From the NCBI RefSeq assembly GCF_006345805.1, contig NW_021825194.1:310001-374000 (forward strand): a DNA stretch of 64,000 nt, in the 5' to 3' direction. Origin of the DNA: Octopus sinensis. Taxonomy: Eukaryota. The notes under the pieces are model-generated. The model was not told where the DNA came from. It was given only the letters and a program-made list of their open reading frames with translations, and searched no databases. Positions within the stretch are counted from its first letter, which is position 1. Each line of letters opens with the position of its first letter. Position numbers and translations under genes: made by a program. Positions 14,180 to 26,638 of this stretch are shown piece by piece.

Positions 14180-14610
14180 ATGTTATATGGTAGTGAAACA
14201 TGGGCTACCACAAAGAGAGAAGAGCAAAGACTGGTAGCGGCTCAAAAAGCCATGGAAAGGTCAATGCTTGGTATCTCGTTGAGAGAGCACATAAGTAGCG
14301 AGATCATCAGAAAGAAGTCCGGCGTGAGAGATGTCATCGCAGAGTATACACGCAGCAAGTATAGATGGGCTGGACACGTCGCCCGGCTCGCCGATAATCG
14401 GTGGACGCACGCAGTTGTCGAGTGGTACCCGCGCGAGCGGAAAAGACCACCCGGAAGACCTCCACGACGGTGGAGTTACGATTTCAGGAGGACGTTTGGG
14501 ATCACGTGGATGAGAAAGGCGCGATCCAGAGAGGAGTGGAGAGTGTGCTTTGACCAGCGGTGTCAAATGGACGCCTGACGGACTGGTCGGTCAAGGTGAT
14601 CAAGGTGATA
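14180..14610 (+). mobile_element. 5'-truncated RTE LINE, ORF C-terminus intact
   Basis: The ORF reads LYGSETW...RWAGHVAR...WYPRERKRPPGRPPRRW up to its stop, followed by a short tandem tail (tcaaggtga)x2. Confidence 0.9.
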
Positions 14611-14622
14611 TATATATGGGGG

Positions 14623-14900
14623 GGGGGAGAATTCACAAAAAAACAAAAGACGAGTACAGGTGGTGTAGACAACAAACAGATGTATTAGTATAATGGTCGT
14701 GAAGTGAAAAAGTCTTTAACGTTTCGAGCCTATGCTCTTCCGCAGAAAGGAACATATATAGAAAAATATATATATGTAGAAGAGCGTAGGCTCGAAACGT
14801 AAAATACTTTTTTCTATTCCTGAGCGTTATACTAATACATCTGTTTATTTTGTACACCACCTGTCTTCGTCTTTCGTTCTTTTCGTAAACTCTCCCTATA
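14623..14900. mobile_element. Inverted dimer of a short PLE-terminus unit (family HHa)
   Basis: About 14627-14750 is the diverged reverse complement of about 14775-14898. A single related copy lies at 45438-45605. The dimer is flanked by (TA)n. Confidence 0.7.
14714..14749 (-). ncRNA. Minimal hammerhead-like motif, position-6 variant
   Basis: The RNA reads CUUU-CUGCGGA-A-GAGC(AUAG)GCUC-GAAA-CG-UU-AAAG. Confidence 0.5.
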
Positions 14901-14993
14901 TATATATATATATATATATAGCATGGAAGGTGTTTATAAGCCATTTAAGAAACACACAAAAACCGTTAGATTCACTTCAACATTTAAATTTAA

Positions 14994-15044
14994 TTTGTCA
15001 AAATATTTTCGTCGCTTTGAGACCGCAACCTGTTCACTGACAAA
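14994..15044 (-). ncRNA. Minimal type I hammerhead-like motif with a G3:C8 swap
   Basis: The RNA reads UUUGUCA-GUGAACA-G-GUUGC(GGUCUCAAA)GCGAC-GAAAAUAUUU-UGACAAA. It has a 7-bp stem I, a 5-bp stem II and a palindromic stem III. Confidence 0.6.
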
Positions 15045-15869
15045 ATTCTGTGCTGCATCTTATATACATATATATATGATATTTACCACGTGAGCTGCGA
15101 TGAAAAAAATATGTAAAAGAGATGATATATGATTTTTTTTTTGGCTCAAGGGTTCCTTGAGACATGTAATTAATTTTAAGGGTTATACAAGGGTAAAATG
15201 GTTGAGGAATACTGGTCTATAGCATCTAAAGATGATATAGAGGAGATGGTCACTCTGCATTTCATAAGGGTGGGTGGGAGTAACTGAGAAGAAGAAAATA
15301 AAGAGGGTAGTGAAAGAGTACCAGAGTAAACTGTCCAGGAGCAAGGAGTGAGCACAAGAGAGGACATGGTCAGTGAATTAGGAGGGTAAAGGAGAAGGGT
15401 GTGTGGTTATAAGAATGTGAGTGGAGGAGTAACATGGTTAGAGATGATTGTAGTGAGTGATGAAACGGGTTGAGGTGTAGCATGGTGGGAGATATCAATA
15501 TGGGTGAGGGCGAGAGAGAGAAAGAGGTTACTCAAGGATGAGAGGTCAGGAAGTAGAGAAAGATGACCAAGGCTTAGGGAGAGTTGAGCAGGAGATGTAG
15601 AGGGAGATAAGGGTGGCTCCAGTGAGTGTGGCACAGCAACAGGTATAAGAGGTATTAAGATGGGGTACGGCGATGAGAGGAGATGAGTGAAGGCTGAGAA
15701 AGGAAGTAATCAGTGAAAATAGTGTGAAAAGGGATGATGATGAGAACGAGGGATGGAAGTTGTGCGTGTGGGGTGAGGCAGTAATTGGTGGCGCAAAAGA
15801 AGTGTCACCAATGGACTGTCAAAGCCTAGGATAGATGATGACAATAACAATTTGACAAGTACTTTACTT

Positions 15870-16090
15870 TATTGACCCCCACCAGGTGGGTAACAGTCAA
15901 ATTTCACATCAGCTTAATAATCCTTTCTACTATAGGCACAAAGCCTGAAATTTGGGGGCGGGGTAGTCGTTTTCGTCGTCCCCATTGCGTAACCGGTACT
16001 TATTTAATAAACTCCAAAAGGATAAAAAGCAAAGTCGACCTCGGTGGAATTTGAACTCAGAAGATGAACAAAATATCGCAAACCATTTTG
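15870..16090 (-). mobile_element. SINE family B, diverged
   Basis: The sequence aaagcaaagtcgacctcggtggaatttgaactcag is the reverse complement of the family B core. Confidence 0.6.
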
Positions 16091-16351
16091 CCATCTTACC
16101 TCAGCTAAACGATAACAAATCACAATATCTCTGGAGAACATCTACAGTTATTTTGAAAATTATAAGATAACTGGAAGTTAATAGAGAATCCATGAAATAT
16201 GTACATGGCACACCTTTTGTTTACTTTTAAATATATCAAAATATTGTTGGGCATCTGACGTGGCCCTATTATGGATGAGAGACCGACTGTTGTAGGGCTG
16301 GAGCATAAGATGAGCAGAAGTTTGCTAAGCATAATAATTATTAGTAATACT

Positions 16352-16551
16352 CTCTTTTACTTGTTTCAGTCATTTGACAGCGGCCATGCTGGAGCGCCGC
16401 CTTTAGTTGAGCAAATCGACACAAAGACTTATTCTTCGGAAGCCTAGTACTTATTATATCGGACTCTTTTGCTGAACCACTAGATTACCGGGACATAAAC
16501 ACACCACCATCGGTTGTCAAGTGATGTTAGGGGGACAAAGAGACAAAACAT

Positions 16552-16582
<31 letters not shown>

Positions 16583-16748
16583 CATATATACAACAGGCTT
16601 CTTTCAGTTTCCATCTACCAAACCCACTCACAAGGCTTTGGTCGGCCCGTGGCTACAGTAGAAGACACTTGCCCAAGGTGCCAAGCAGTGGGAATGAACC
16701 CGGAACAATGTGGTTGGTAAGCAAGCTACTTACCACACGGCCACTTCA
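16352..16748 (-). mobile_element. SINE family A
   Basis: Full-length reverse-complement match to 8545-8930. Confidence 0.8.
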
Positions 16749-16764
16749 GCACCTAATACTTTCC

Positions 16765-17292
16765 TGACTGGAAACTGGCCTAGGCTGGCTGGCTGGTTCG
16801 GTTTTTGATGCCTGGCTGGCCCGGCCTTGGCTTGCTGACTAGAAACTGGCCTTGGCTGGCTGGCTGGCTGGGCCTTGGCTGGCCTAGGCTTGGCTGCCTG
16901 ACTGACCCGGCCTTGACTTGCTGGCTGGGTAGCTGGCCGGGCCTTTGTTACCTGGCTGGCCCGGCCTTGGATTGCTGGCTGGAAACTGGCCTATACTGGT
17001 TGGCTGGCCAGGTTTTCGATGCCTGGCTGGCCCGGCTTTGACTTGCTGACTGGAAAATGGCCTAGGCTGGCTGGCTGGCTGGTTTGTTTTGGATGTCTGG
17101 CTGGCCCGGCCTTGACTTGCTACTGGAAAATGAACTAGGCTGGCTGGCTGGCCCTGTTTTAGATGCCTGGCTGGCTCGGTCTTGGCTTGCTGGCTGGAAA
17201 CTGGCCTAGGCTAGCTGGCTGGCCGTGCCATGGATGCCTTGCTGGCACGGCCTTGGTCTGCTGGCTGGAAACTGGCCTAGGCTGGATGCTTG
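16765..17292. repeat. GC-rich minisatellite, about 70-bp unit, about 7.5 copies
   Basis: ctggaaactggcctaggctggctggc recurs at roughly 70-bp spacing and is built from ggct/ggcc subrepeats. Confidence 0.8.
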
Positions 17293-17675
17293 GCTGTTTT
17301 CAGTCATTTGACCGTGGCCATGCTGGAGCACCACCTTTAGTCGAGCAAATCGGCCCCAGGACTTATTCTTTGTAAGCCTTATTCTATCGGTCTCTTTTGC
17401 CAAACCGCTAAGTTACGGGGACGTAAACACAGCATCATCGGTTGTCAAGCGATGTTAGGGGGACAAACACAGACACACAAACATATACACACACACATAC
17501 ATATACATATATACGATGAGATTCTTTCAGTTTCTGTCTACCAAATCCACTCACAAGGCTTTGATCGACCCAAGGCTATAGTAGAAGACACTTGCCCAAG
17601 ATGCTACGCAGTGGGATTGAACACGAAAACATGTGGTTCGTAAGCAAGCTATTTACCACACAGCCACTCCTGCAC
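17293..17675 (-). mobile_element. SINE family A
   Basis: Full-length reverse-complement match to family A. Confidence 0.8.
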
Positions 17676-17716
17676 CTATATTACATAAGCATTTTATAAT
17701 GTTTCTTTCTTTTCAG

Positions 17717-17797
17717 GAAATTCGCTGCATACCAGTAGCTGATGGCTCACGGACCAGCGCCAGCCCGCCGACAACCACTTTGAGTAACACTGCTTGA
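17717..17797 (+). CDS. Candidate host-gene exon (possibly terminal)
   Basis: A polypyrimidine tract tttctttcttttcAG|G is followed by non-repetitive CpG-containing sequence that is open as EIRCIPVADGSRTSASPPTTTLSNTA*. No homologue was recognised. Confidence 0.25.
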   Translation, partial: EIRCIPVADGSRTSASPPTTTLSNTA

Positions 17798-18256
17798 GAT
17801 TCTTTGTATTACACTTACCCCCCCCCACTTCCCTTTGAAAGCTGTTATCTATTATTTTTGATTTAAAATCAAGAAATCAGCAAGATCCAATATTGCATGA
17901 TTAGAATTATTGCAAATGGATCTAGTGTTGTTTTTGTCTGTCACAACATGTGATTGAGAAAGGAAGGGGTGATAGATGAATAAGGAAGGAAGGAGTGATG
18001 GCAAATTGGTAGTGGGATAGTTTCAGCTCTGTGTGAGTATATGTGTGTGTATGTAAAATGGAGGTATGTGAATGTTTGTGTGTGTGTGCAATGGAAGTGA
18101 ACATGAAAAGGAAAATCAAACAGCGTTTCAGCAATGTGCGTGTATGTGTACAAGGGGAGTTCGTGAATGTATGTGTGAACCAGCGTTCTTTCAGTAACAA
18201 ATGATGATCGATGTCACATCTCAAAAGACAACCACCAGATAACATTGACAAGTGTA

Positions 18257-18515
18257 TTAATTTGATTTACCGTCCATATTTATATATAAAATACTACAGA
18301 TAGTCGTCAATTTTGATGGTACGGGGCCAGTTAGTATGCATGTAATTATTGCAAATATATTAAAAATATATGTGTGTGTATGTGTATATATATATATATA
18401 TATATGCTTTGTGGGATGTCTTCTTGGTGAAGAATGTGTTAGTGATGCACAGGTTATGGTATGTGCAAAATTCAAGTAGTCTCTGACCATTGTCATTCAT
18501 GTTGCCAATACCAAA
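18257..18515 (-). mobile_element. RTE LINE endonuclease fragment
   Basis: GIGNMNDNGQRLLEFCTYHNLCITNTFF is a conserved RTE APE block. Confidence 0.75.
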
Positions 18516-18539
18516 ACACATACACTTACATATATACAT

Positions 18540-18585
18540 ACATATATATATACGATTGATTTGTTTCAGTTCCTGTCTACGAAAT

Positions 18586-18634
<49 letters not shown>

Positions 18635-19012
18635 AAGATAAATTGATAGATACAACTGAGTGGGCAAACAAAAATATGAGACACTGCGTAGTGCTTCTTT
18701 TTATATTTTGATAAGCCTGGTACTTATTCTATCAGTTTTTTCTTGTGAAACCAGTAAGTTATGAGGATGTAAATAAACGAACACCAGTTGTGAAGCAGTG
18801 ATGAGGGAGAAACACAAAGACACATGCATAGACTTACATATATACATATACATACAATTGATTTCTTTCAGTTTCTGTCTACAAAATCCACTGACAAGGC
18901 TTTGGTTGGTCTGAGGCTATAGCAGAAGACACATGCCAAGTTACCACACAGTGGGACTGAACTGAGGACAATGTGTTTTGGAAGCAATTTTGTTACGACA
19001 CAGCCACACCTG
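18540..19012 (-). mobile_element. SINE family A copies
   Basis: Reverse-complement match to 2179-2910. Confidence 0.7.
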
Positions 19013-19279
19013 CACTTATGTATGTGTGGGGGTGGGGTGGGGATGTATGTGTGTATGGGTGTATATATGTATGCATGTATATATGAGTATATATATGTGT
19101 ACATATTACATGTACATCTATATATAATATACATCTAGACATACATGTATACACATACATTTATATCTATAGAAATACATCTATACATATACAGCTATAC
19201 ATATACATGTATACATATACAGCTATATATATACATGTATATATATATATATACATCCATATATATACATGTATATACA

Positions 19280-19333
<54 letters not shown>

Positions 19334-19379
19334 ATATATATATACATCCATATACATACAATAGAGATATGTTTTTGTT

Positions 19380-19605
19380 TCACTTTTAATACGTAATACT
19401 GAAATAGTGGAGAAGATGAGATATTACTGTGGGCTCGCCCTAGGCAAGAGGTTAAACATTTTTTTGCCCATGACACTACATGGACCCTAAGTAAGGCATG
19501 TGTAAAATTTGAATGAAATTGGTGGTGTAGTTCTCAAGTTTTAGGGATTCATACAGACAGACAGACACACACACACACACACACACATTCTCAGTTTTAT
19601 ATATA
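19380..19605 (-). mobile_element. Helitron-type 5' end fragment (related copy at about 44570-44795)
   Basis: The minus strand begins tatatataaaactgagaatgtgtg(tgtc)n, resembling the 5' ends of the H1 and H3 families. Confidence 0.45.
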
Positions 19606-19815
19606 TAAATATAGCTCTTGAGTGCTACTGGTAACATGTAATCCCGTATAACCTGTCGCATGGTCAGGTTTTCGGTGACTAAACTGGGAACCCCACCAGG
19701 TTTGCTTGGTGAGGAGGGTGTTGTTGGATACCCTGCGGGATGAAAAGTAAGACCCATCAAAGGGCGGAGGAACTCCTGAGCAGTCAACGGTCACCCAACA
19801 AAATATCTGTAAATA

Positions 19816-19881
<66 letters not shown>

Positions 19882-19883
<2 letters not shown>

Positions 19884-20760
19884 TATTATAAAAGGCAGAT
19901 TTTATCTGCCTCCCTTTGGGAGTTATAGAAATCTACAATATAGGATTTCTTCAATTACAATTTACCTAGCATTTTTAAGAGTAGAATGCATCGCGTCATG
20001 CCAGGTCCAGTTTTTAAAATTTAAAATCCAATTAAGCAAAATTTACAGAAAACTCACATTCTGGTGTGTGTGTCAAATGCTTTTCTTAGTCTGGTTTACA
20101 CCACACGCAAACGCACACACACAGTGTGCAACGAATAAAATGAAAGTAAATAGCGACAGAGTGATTTGAGGAAGACTAAACTGAAAGTATTTAAACCACT
20201 ACTCAAAAAATAAAAAAAAACACAGCAAACAGAAACAAATAAATACATAACCATTTACTCCTCACACAATTTCTTCAATTAGAATTTACCTAAGATTTTT
20301 CAAAGTACTCCATTCGCTCATGCCATAATATATTTCTTTCAATTTCACCCCCAATTAAGACAAAATTCGAGAAAACTCAATATTTTAACATATCACTCCG
20401 AAAGCATTGATGTACATGTGTGCGTGCGTGAGTGTGTGTGTGTGTCATTCCTCACACACACGCATACACATACATATACAACTACATACAACTACATACA
20501 CATACAACTACATACAAACACGTGTGTGTTTGTTATTAGTAAAAAAGGCGCCAAAACCCAACTCACTTATCATTCCAACACATTTGCAAAGACACACGGA
20601 CGGACAGAAAAGGTAAATTGGTTTTTATTTTACTCTGTATATATTTTATTATATAATATTATATATAGATATATGTATATATAATTGCAGTATGAAACAG
20701 TGTTTATGTATAAACAGACGACACTTATATATAGTTATTATAATAAGAGATTAATAAATG
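19882..20760 (+). mobile_element. Repeat family H2 (Helitron-like), copy 1; further copies at 21498-21821 and 22981-23880
   Basis: It has a conserved start (tcttattataaaaggcagattttatctgcc), with two copies fused directly behind an H1 CTAG end. No clear 3' CTAG was seen. Confidence 0.55.
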
Positions 20761-20775
20761 TATGCATCCGTTTAA

Positions 20776-22472
20776 CCCTTTCGTTACCAAGCCGCCCGAA
20801 TTTACCTATTCATATTTAAATGAGAATATCAGAGCAAATCTCTTTAGTACATTCGTGAAAACACGTATTATACTTCGTAAACACTTCAACTACAGTTTTG
20901 TACAAAAATCGAAGTGTAATTTTAATTCCGTGAATTATGGGAGATTTTTTTCCGAAATTTGTTCCTATTGTGTTTTCAAAATTTGTAATTCTGACAAAAA
21001 ATGGATACGAATTTTATTATATCAAGCAGCGAGTCAGAATTCGAAGGATTTTCTACTGAAGACCTTCATAAATCTAACTCTATGACTGAAAAAAAAAAAG
21101 CATCTTTATATAAGAGTGAAGTTGTGTGTCTGTCTCCTACGATTTAGATTCCTAACTACTCCCACATTTTGCGGTGCAGTTTAACCAAAAGCGGGTATCT
21201 TATAGTCGTGATTCATATCGAGCCCTTCTGGGTATTAGCGTGCGTCTACGATGAGTCTACGATTTAAAAAACATTTCCCATCATATTTTTCCATTTTAAT
21301 GCATTTTTTTCGCTTTTATATAAGGGAAGTAACTCTCTAAAAATATCTACGATGTGTCAACGATTTAAAAAAAATTTACCTTAATTTTTTTTCCATTTTT
21401 AATGCATTTTTTTGCTATTTTTTGGCTATAACTCTCTAAAAATGCTTATATAGTTATTTCCCTTACAAACCCGAGCAACGCCGGGCGATACTGCTAGTAT
21501 TATTATAAAAGGCAGATTTTATCTGCCTCCCTTTGTCTCTTATAGAAATCTACAATATAGGATTTCTTCAATTACAATTTACCTAGCATTTTTAAGAGTA
21601 GAATGCATCGGGTCGTGCCAGGTCCAGTTTTTAAAATTTCAACCCCAATTAAGCAAAATTTAGAGAAAACTCACATTGAGGTGTGTATGTCAAATGCTCT
21701 TATTAGTGTGGGCTACATCACACGCACACGCACACACACACAAACGGAGCGAACTGTTTCACTGACGCTATTACCCTAATTTCTTCTTTCTCTTTGCAAG
21801 TGTGCAACGATTAAAGTGAAAACAGTGAATCCGACAGCGATAAAGAAAATGAATTGGCACCTGAATGGAGTGAAAATTTAAAAACTGTTTCTTTCGGTGA
21901 TTTTTCTGAAGAAACTGAACCAAGCCACAGACTTTCCCAGAAGAGTAAAGCCTTAGACTATTTCCTTTTACTTTTTCGAATGAGCCTATTTGAAATCATT
22001 ACGGCGGAAACGAACTGTTACGCTAAACGTAAACAAAGCGAAAGAAAGGATAGTTTGTTATTTCCCACAACCTTAAATGAAATTAAGGCCTATTTTGCCA
22101 TAAATATTATTATGGGTATCAGAAAGTTACCCAGAATAACAAATTCTATCGTAAAATTTTGTTGTATACCCAATTGAATATTAGCTAATAACCCATTTTC
22201 TATAGCGATGTTTGAATAAAATTTTAATAATTTTATATATTGTTGAATTTACCTGTATCTACCAGCAATTAGAGTCACTTTGTGACAAAAATTATAGTAT
22301 AGAATTGGTTGAGAACATTTCATTAAATTATCTTCCAAAATTCATGTTAACATATTGATAAATAAAAAAGTTATTGTTCTTTAATGAAACCAGACTAAAT
22401 TTATGATTACGTTAGAAAATAATTGACACACATAAGGGGTGTATTTTGGTCAGAAATATAGTAACGAAAGGG
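20776..22472 (+). mobile_element. Internally deleted piggyBac element with nested Helitrons
   Basis: The ends are TTAA|CCCTTTCGTTAC ... GTAACGAAAGGG|TTAA (12-bp TIR, TTAA TSD). Transposase remnants MDTNFIISSSESEFEGF (about 21000) and LDYFLLLF...ETNCYA...TTLNEIKAYFAINIIMGIRKLP (21854-22177) are present. Confidence 0.92.
21103..21497 (+). mobile_element. Non-autonomous Helitron H1, copy 1
   Basis: It has an A|TC start, the 3' hairpin cccgagcaacgccggg and ctgCTAG|T. Confidence 0.88.
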
Positions 22473-22585
22473 TTAAGAAAAACCAAAAAATATTTTATTC
22501 TTTATAAATGTTGTGTTCAAAATAACATTTTTCTTTTAAGAATGTGTATATAACAAAGTATGTGTATATAACTACGTGGCTTAAA

Positions 22586-22980
22586 TCTTTATATATAAAA
22601 CTGAAGTTGTGTGTCTGTCTCCTACGATTTAGATTCCTAACTACTCCCACATTTTGCGGTGCAATTTAACCAAAACCGGGTATCTTAAAGTCGTGAGTCA
22701 TATCGAGCCCTTCTGGGTATTAGCGTGCGTCTACGATGAGTCTACGATTTAAAAAAAATTTACCATCATATTTTTCCATTTTAATGCATTCTTTTCGCTA
22801 TTATATAAGGGAAGTAACTCTCTAAAAATATCTACGATGTGTCAACGATTTTTAAAAAAATTACCTTAATTTTTTTCCATTTTTAATGCATTTTTTTGCT
22901 ATTTTTTGCTATAACTCTCTAAAAATGCTTATATAGTTATTTCCCTTACAAACCCGAGCAACGCCGGGCGATACTGCTAG
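22586..22980 (+). mobile_element. Non-autonomous Helitron H1, copy 2
   Basis: It is nearly identical to 21103-21497 and has the same A|TC ... CTAG|T ends. Confidence 0.88.
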
Positions 22981-23889
22981 TTTTATTATAAAAGGCATAT
23001 TTTATCTGCCTCCTTTTGTCTCTTATAGAAATCTACAATATAGGATTTCTTCAATTACAATTTACCTAGCATTTTTAAGAGTAGAATAAATCGGGTCGTG
23101 CCAGGTCCGGTTTTTAAAATTTCAACCCCAATTAAGCAAAATTTAGAGAAAACTCACATTGTGGTGTGTAAGTCAAGTGCTTTTCTTAGTGTGGGCTACA
23201 GCACACGCACACACACACACACAAAAACGGAGCGATCTGCTTCACTCACGCTATCACCCTAATTTCTACTCCTTTCTCTTTGCAAGTGTGCAACGATTAA
23301 AGTGAAACTATTTTTATAAAACGAGAGAAGTGTACCTTAAACCACTACTCAAAAAAAAACAGCAAACAGAAACAAATAAATACGTAACGATTTACTCCTC
23401 ACACAATTTCTTCAATTACAGTTTACCTGTGATTTTTACAAGTACTTTCATTCGGTCATGCCATACAAAATTTCTTTCAATTTCACCCCCAATTAAGACA
23501 AAATTCGAGAAAACTCAATATTTTAACATTTCACTCCGAAAGCATTGATGTACATGTGTGCGTGCGTGCGTGAGTGTGTGTGTGTGTGTTTGATGGGGTA
23601 CACACGCATACACATACATATATGACAGTGACAAACACAAACGTTTCAAACAACTACATACAAACACTCAAACACACACACACGTGTGTGTTTGTTGTTA
23701 GTAAAAAAGGCGCCAAACACAACTCACTTCCCATTCGAACACTTTTGCAAAAACACACCGACGGTCGAATTGCCATAACAATACAGAAAATGTAAATTGG
23801 TTTTTAATTTACTTTCTGTCGTTAAATTTTGGTAGTATTAATTGGCGAGCGTACTTCTGTTGTCAATTGTTGACAGAAAGAAATTGTAA

Positions 23890-25780
23890 GCTATATAGAT
23901 ATTTAAATGTATTTATATATTCATCTATACACAGATGTATGTATAATGTGTGTGTATATATTTCCATAGAGGTAACCATTCACTCCGCACAAAGTTTTTT
24001 TAGGACGAAAATAACATCTAAAGTTATCTCTAAGTAGCAGTCGCCCAAAAGTGTATATAGACACACACATGTATGTATAATGTGTGTGTATATATTTCCA
24101 TAGAGGTAACCATTCACTCCGCACAATGTTTTTTTAGGACGAAAATAACATCTAAAGTTATCTCTAAGTAGCAGTCGCCCAAAAGTGTATATAGACACAC
24201 ACATGTATGTATAATGTGTGTGTATATATTTCCATAGAGGTAACCATTCACTCCGCACAAAGTTTTTTTAGGACGAAAATAACATCTAAAGTTATCTCTA
24301 AGTAGCAGTCGCCCAAAAGTGTATATAGACACACACACATGTATGTATAATGTGTGTGTATATATTTCCATAGAGGTAACCATTCACTCCATACAAAGTT
24401 ATTTGGGACGAATTGGACGAATATAAGATCTAAAGTATATCCAAGTAGCAGAAAGATCGCCCAAAAGTGTATATAGATATTTAAATGTATTTATATATTC
24501 ATCTATACACACATGTATGTATAATGTGCGTGTATATATTTCCATAGAGGTAACCATTCACTTCGCACAAAGTTTTTTTAGGACGAAAATACATCTAAAG
24601 TTATCTCTAAGTAGCAGTAGCCCAAAAGTGTATATAGACACACACATGTATGTATATGTGTGTGTATATATTTCCATAGAGGTAACCATTCACTCCATAC
24701 AAAGTTATTTAGGACGAATTGGACGAATATAAGATCTAAAGTATATCCAAGTAGCAGAAAGATAGTCCAAAAGTGTATATAGATATTTAAATGTATTTAT
24801 ATATTCATCTATACACACATGTATGTATAATGTGTGTGTATATATTTCCATAGAGGTAACCATTCACTCCGCACAAAGTTTTTTTAGGACGAAAATAACA
24901 TCTAAAGTTATCTCTAAGTAGCAGTCGCCCAAAAGTGTATATAGACACACACATGTATGTATAATGTGTGTGTATATATTTCCATAGAGGTAACCATTCA
25001 CTCCGCACAATGTTTTTTTAGGACGAAAATAACATCTAAAGTTATCTCTAAGTAGCAGTCGCCCAAAAGTGTATATAGACACACACATGTATGTATAATG
25101 TGTGTGTATATATTTCCATAGAGGTAACCATTCACTCCGCACAAAGTTTTTTTAGGACGAAAATAACATCTAAAGTTATCTCTAAGTAGCAGTCGCCCAA
25201 AAGTGTATATAGACACACACACATGTATGTATAATGTGTGTGTATATATTTCCATAGAGGTAACCATTCACTCCATACAAAGTTATTTGGGACGAATTGG
25301 ACGAATATAAGATCTAAAGTATATCCAAGTAGCAGAAAGATCGCCCAAAAGTGTATATAGATATTTAAATGTATTTATATATTCATCTATACACACATGT
25401 ATGTATAATGTGCGTGTATATATTTCCATAGAGGTAACCATTCACTTCGCACAAAGTTTTTTTAGGACGAAAATAACATCTAAAGTTATCTCTAAGTAGC
25501 AGTAGCCCAAAAGTGTATATAGACACACACATGTATGTATAATGTGTGTGTATATATTTCCATAGAGGTAACCATTCACTCCATACAAAGTTATTTAGGA
25601 CGAATTGGACGAATATAAGATCTAAAGTATATCCAAGTAGCAGAAAGATAGTCCAAAAGTGTATATAGATATTTAAATGTATTTATATATTCATCTATAC
25701 ACACATGTATGTATAATGTGTGTGTATATATTTCCATAGAGGTAACCGTTCACTCCGCACAAAGTTTTTTAGGACGGACG
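23890..25780. repeat. Tandem satellite with 134-bp and about 174-bp monomers and an 884-bp higher-order repeat
   Basis: The unit containing ttccatagaggtaaccattcactcc repeats about 13 times. ORF-track duplicates are offset by 134 and by 884 bp. Confidence 0.92.
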
Positions 25781-25784
25781 AAAA

Positions 25785-26630
25785 TCTTTATATATAAAAG
25801 AAAGGTTGTGTATCTGTCTACTCCGATTTAGATTCCTAACTACTCCCACATTTTGCGATGCAGTTTAACCAAAACCGAGTATCTTATAGTCGTGATTCAT
25901 ATCGAGCCCTTCTGGGTATTAGCGCGCGTCTACGATGAGTCTACGATTTTACAAATAATTTACCATCATTTTCTCCCATTTTAATGCATATTTTTTTAAT
26001 AAAGGGAAGTAACTCTCAAACTTCACACCAGTATGCGTGCTCATATGCGACGTAATATCACATCAGCAGCATTTCCTCACACCCTCCTTGCACTTGGCGA
26101 AGGCAAAATACCAGGGGATGAAAATGGTAATATTGCCATCGATTCCATTTGTACCATTGTTAAGACGCCTTCTGATCTCAGAGATGCAGTGTTCCAAGAT
26201 CTACAAGCTAATTATCAGAATATGGATTGGATTGGCCAAAAGGCTATACTGGCCCCGAGGAATAAAACTGTTCACCATATTAATGATGAAATGATAAAAC
26301 TCATTCCTGGGGAAGTCTATGTATATCAGTCTATCAATACAACTCCTGACCCACAGGACGTCATCAACTATCCAATAGAGGTACTCAATTCCTTTGAGCA
26401 CCCCGGACTAACACCACACATTCTCAAACTTAAAGTCGGTGCCCCTATAATGCTCATCAGAAATTTGGTTCCCCCAAAGCAATGCAATGGCACACGTTTG
26501 ATCGTTAAGTCCTTATCTCCCAGCGTAAACTTATATCAATATTTGCCTGAATAATCATCATAATTCGGTGCAATCATTAACAGTACTTTCAAGCAATTCA
26601 GCCCCGAGCAACGCCGGGCAATTCTGCTAG
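25785..26630 (+). mobile_element. Helitron H1 derivative retaining a Pif1-helicase fragment (26033-26554)
   Basis: It has the H1 5' end and a CTAG|T 3' end with hairpin. The ORF contains ILAPRN...LKLKVGAPIMLIRNL..PKQCNGTRLIV, the Helitron/Pif1 helicase C-terminal motifs. Confidence 0.9.
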
Positions 26631-26638
26631 TATATATA

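Noticed and set aside
15180-15790. Purine-rich tract with a hint of LINE endonuclease on the minus strand
   Set aside because: It is too degenerate, with no convincing conserved motif.
16805-17375. W/L/G/A-rich ORFs
   Set aside because: They are by-products of the 70-bp minisatellite.
23890-25780. Regular repeat array that might be taken for CRISPR
   Set aside because: The units are tandem monomers with no unique spacers, in a eukaryotic context without cas genes.
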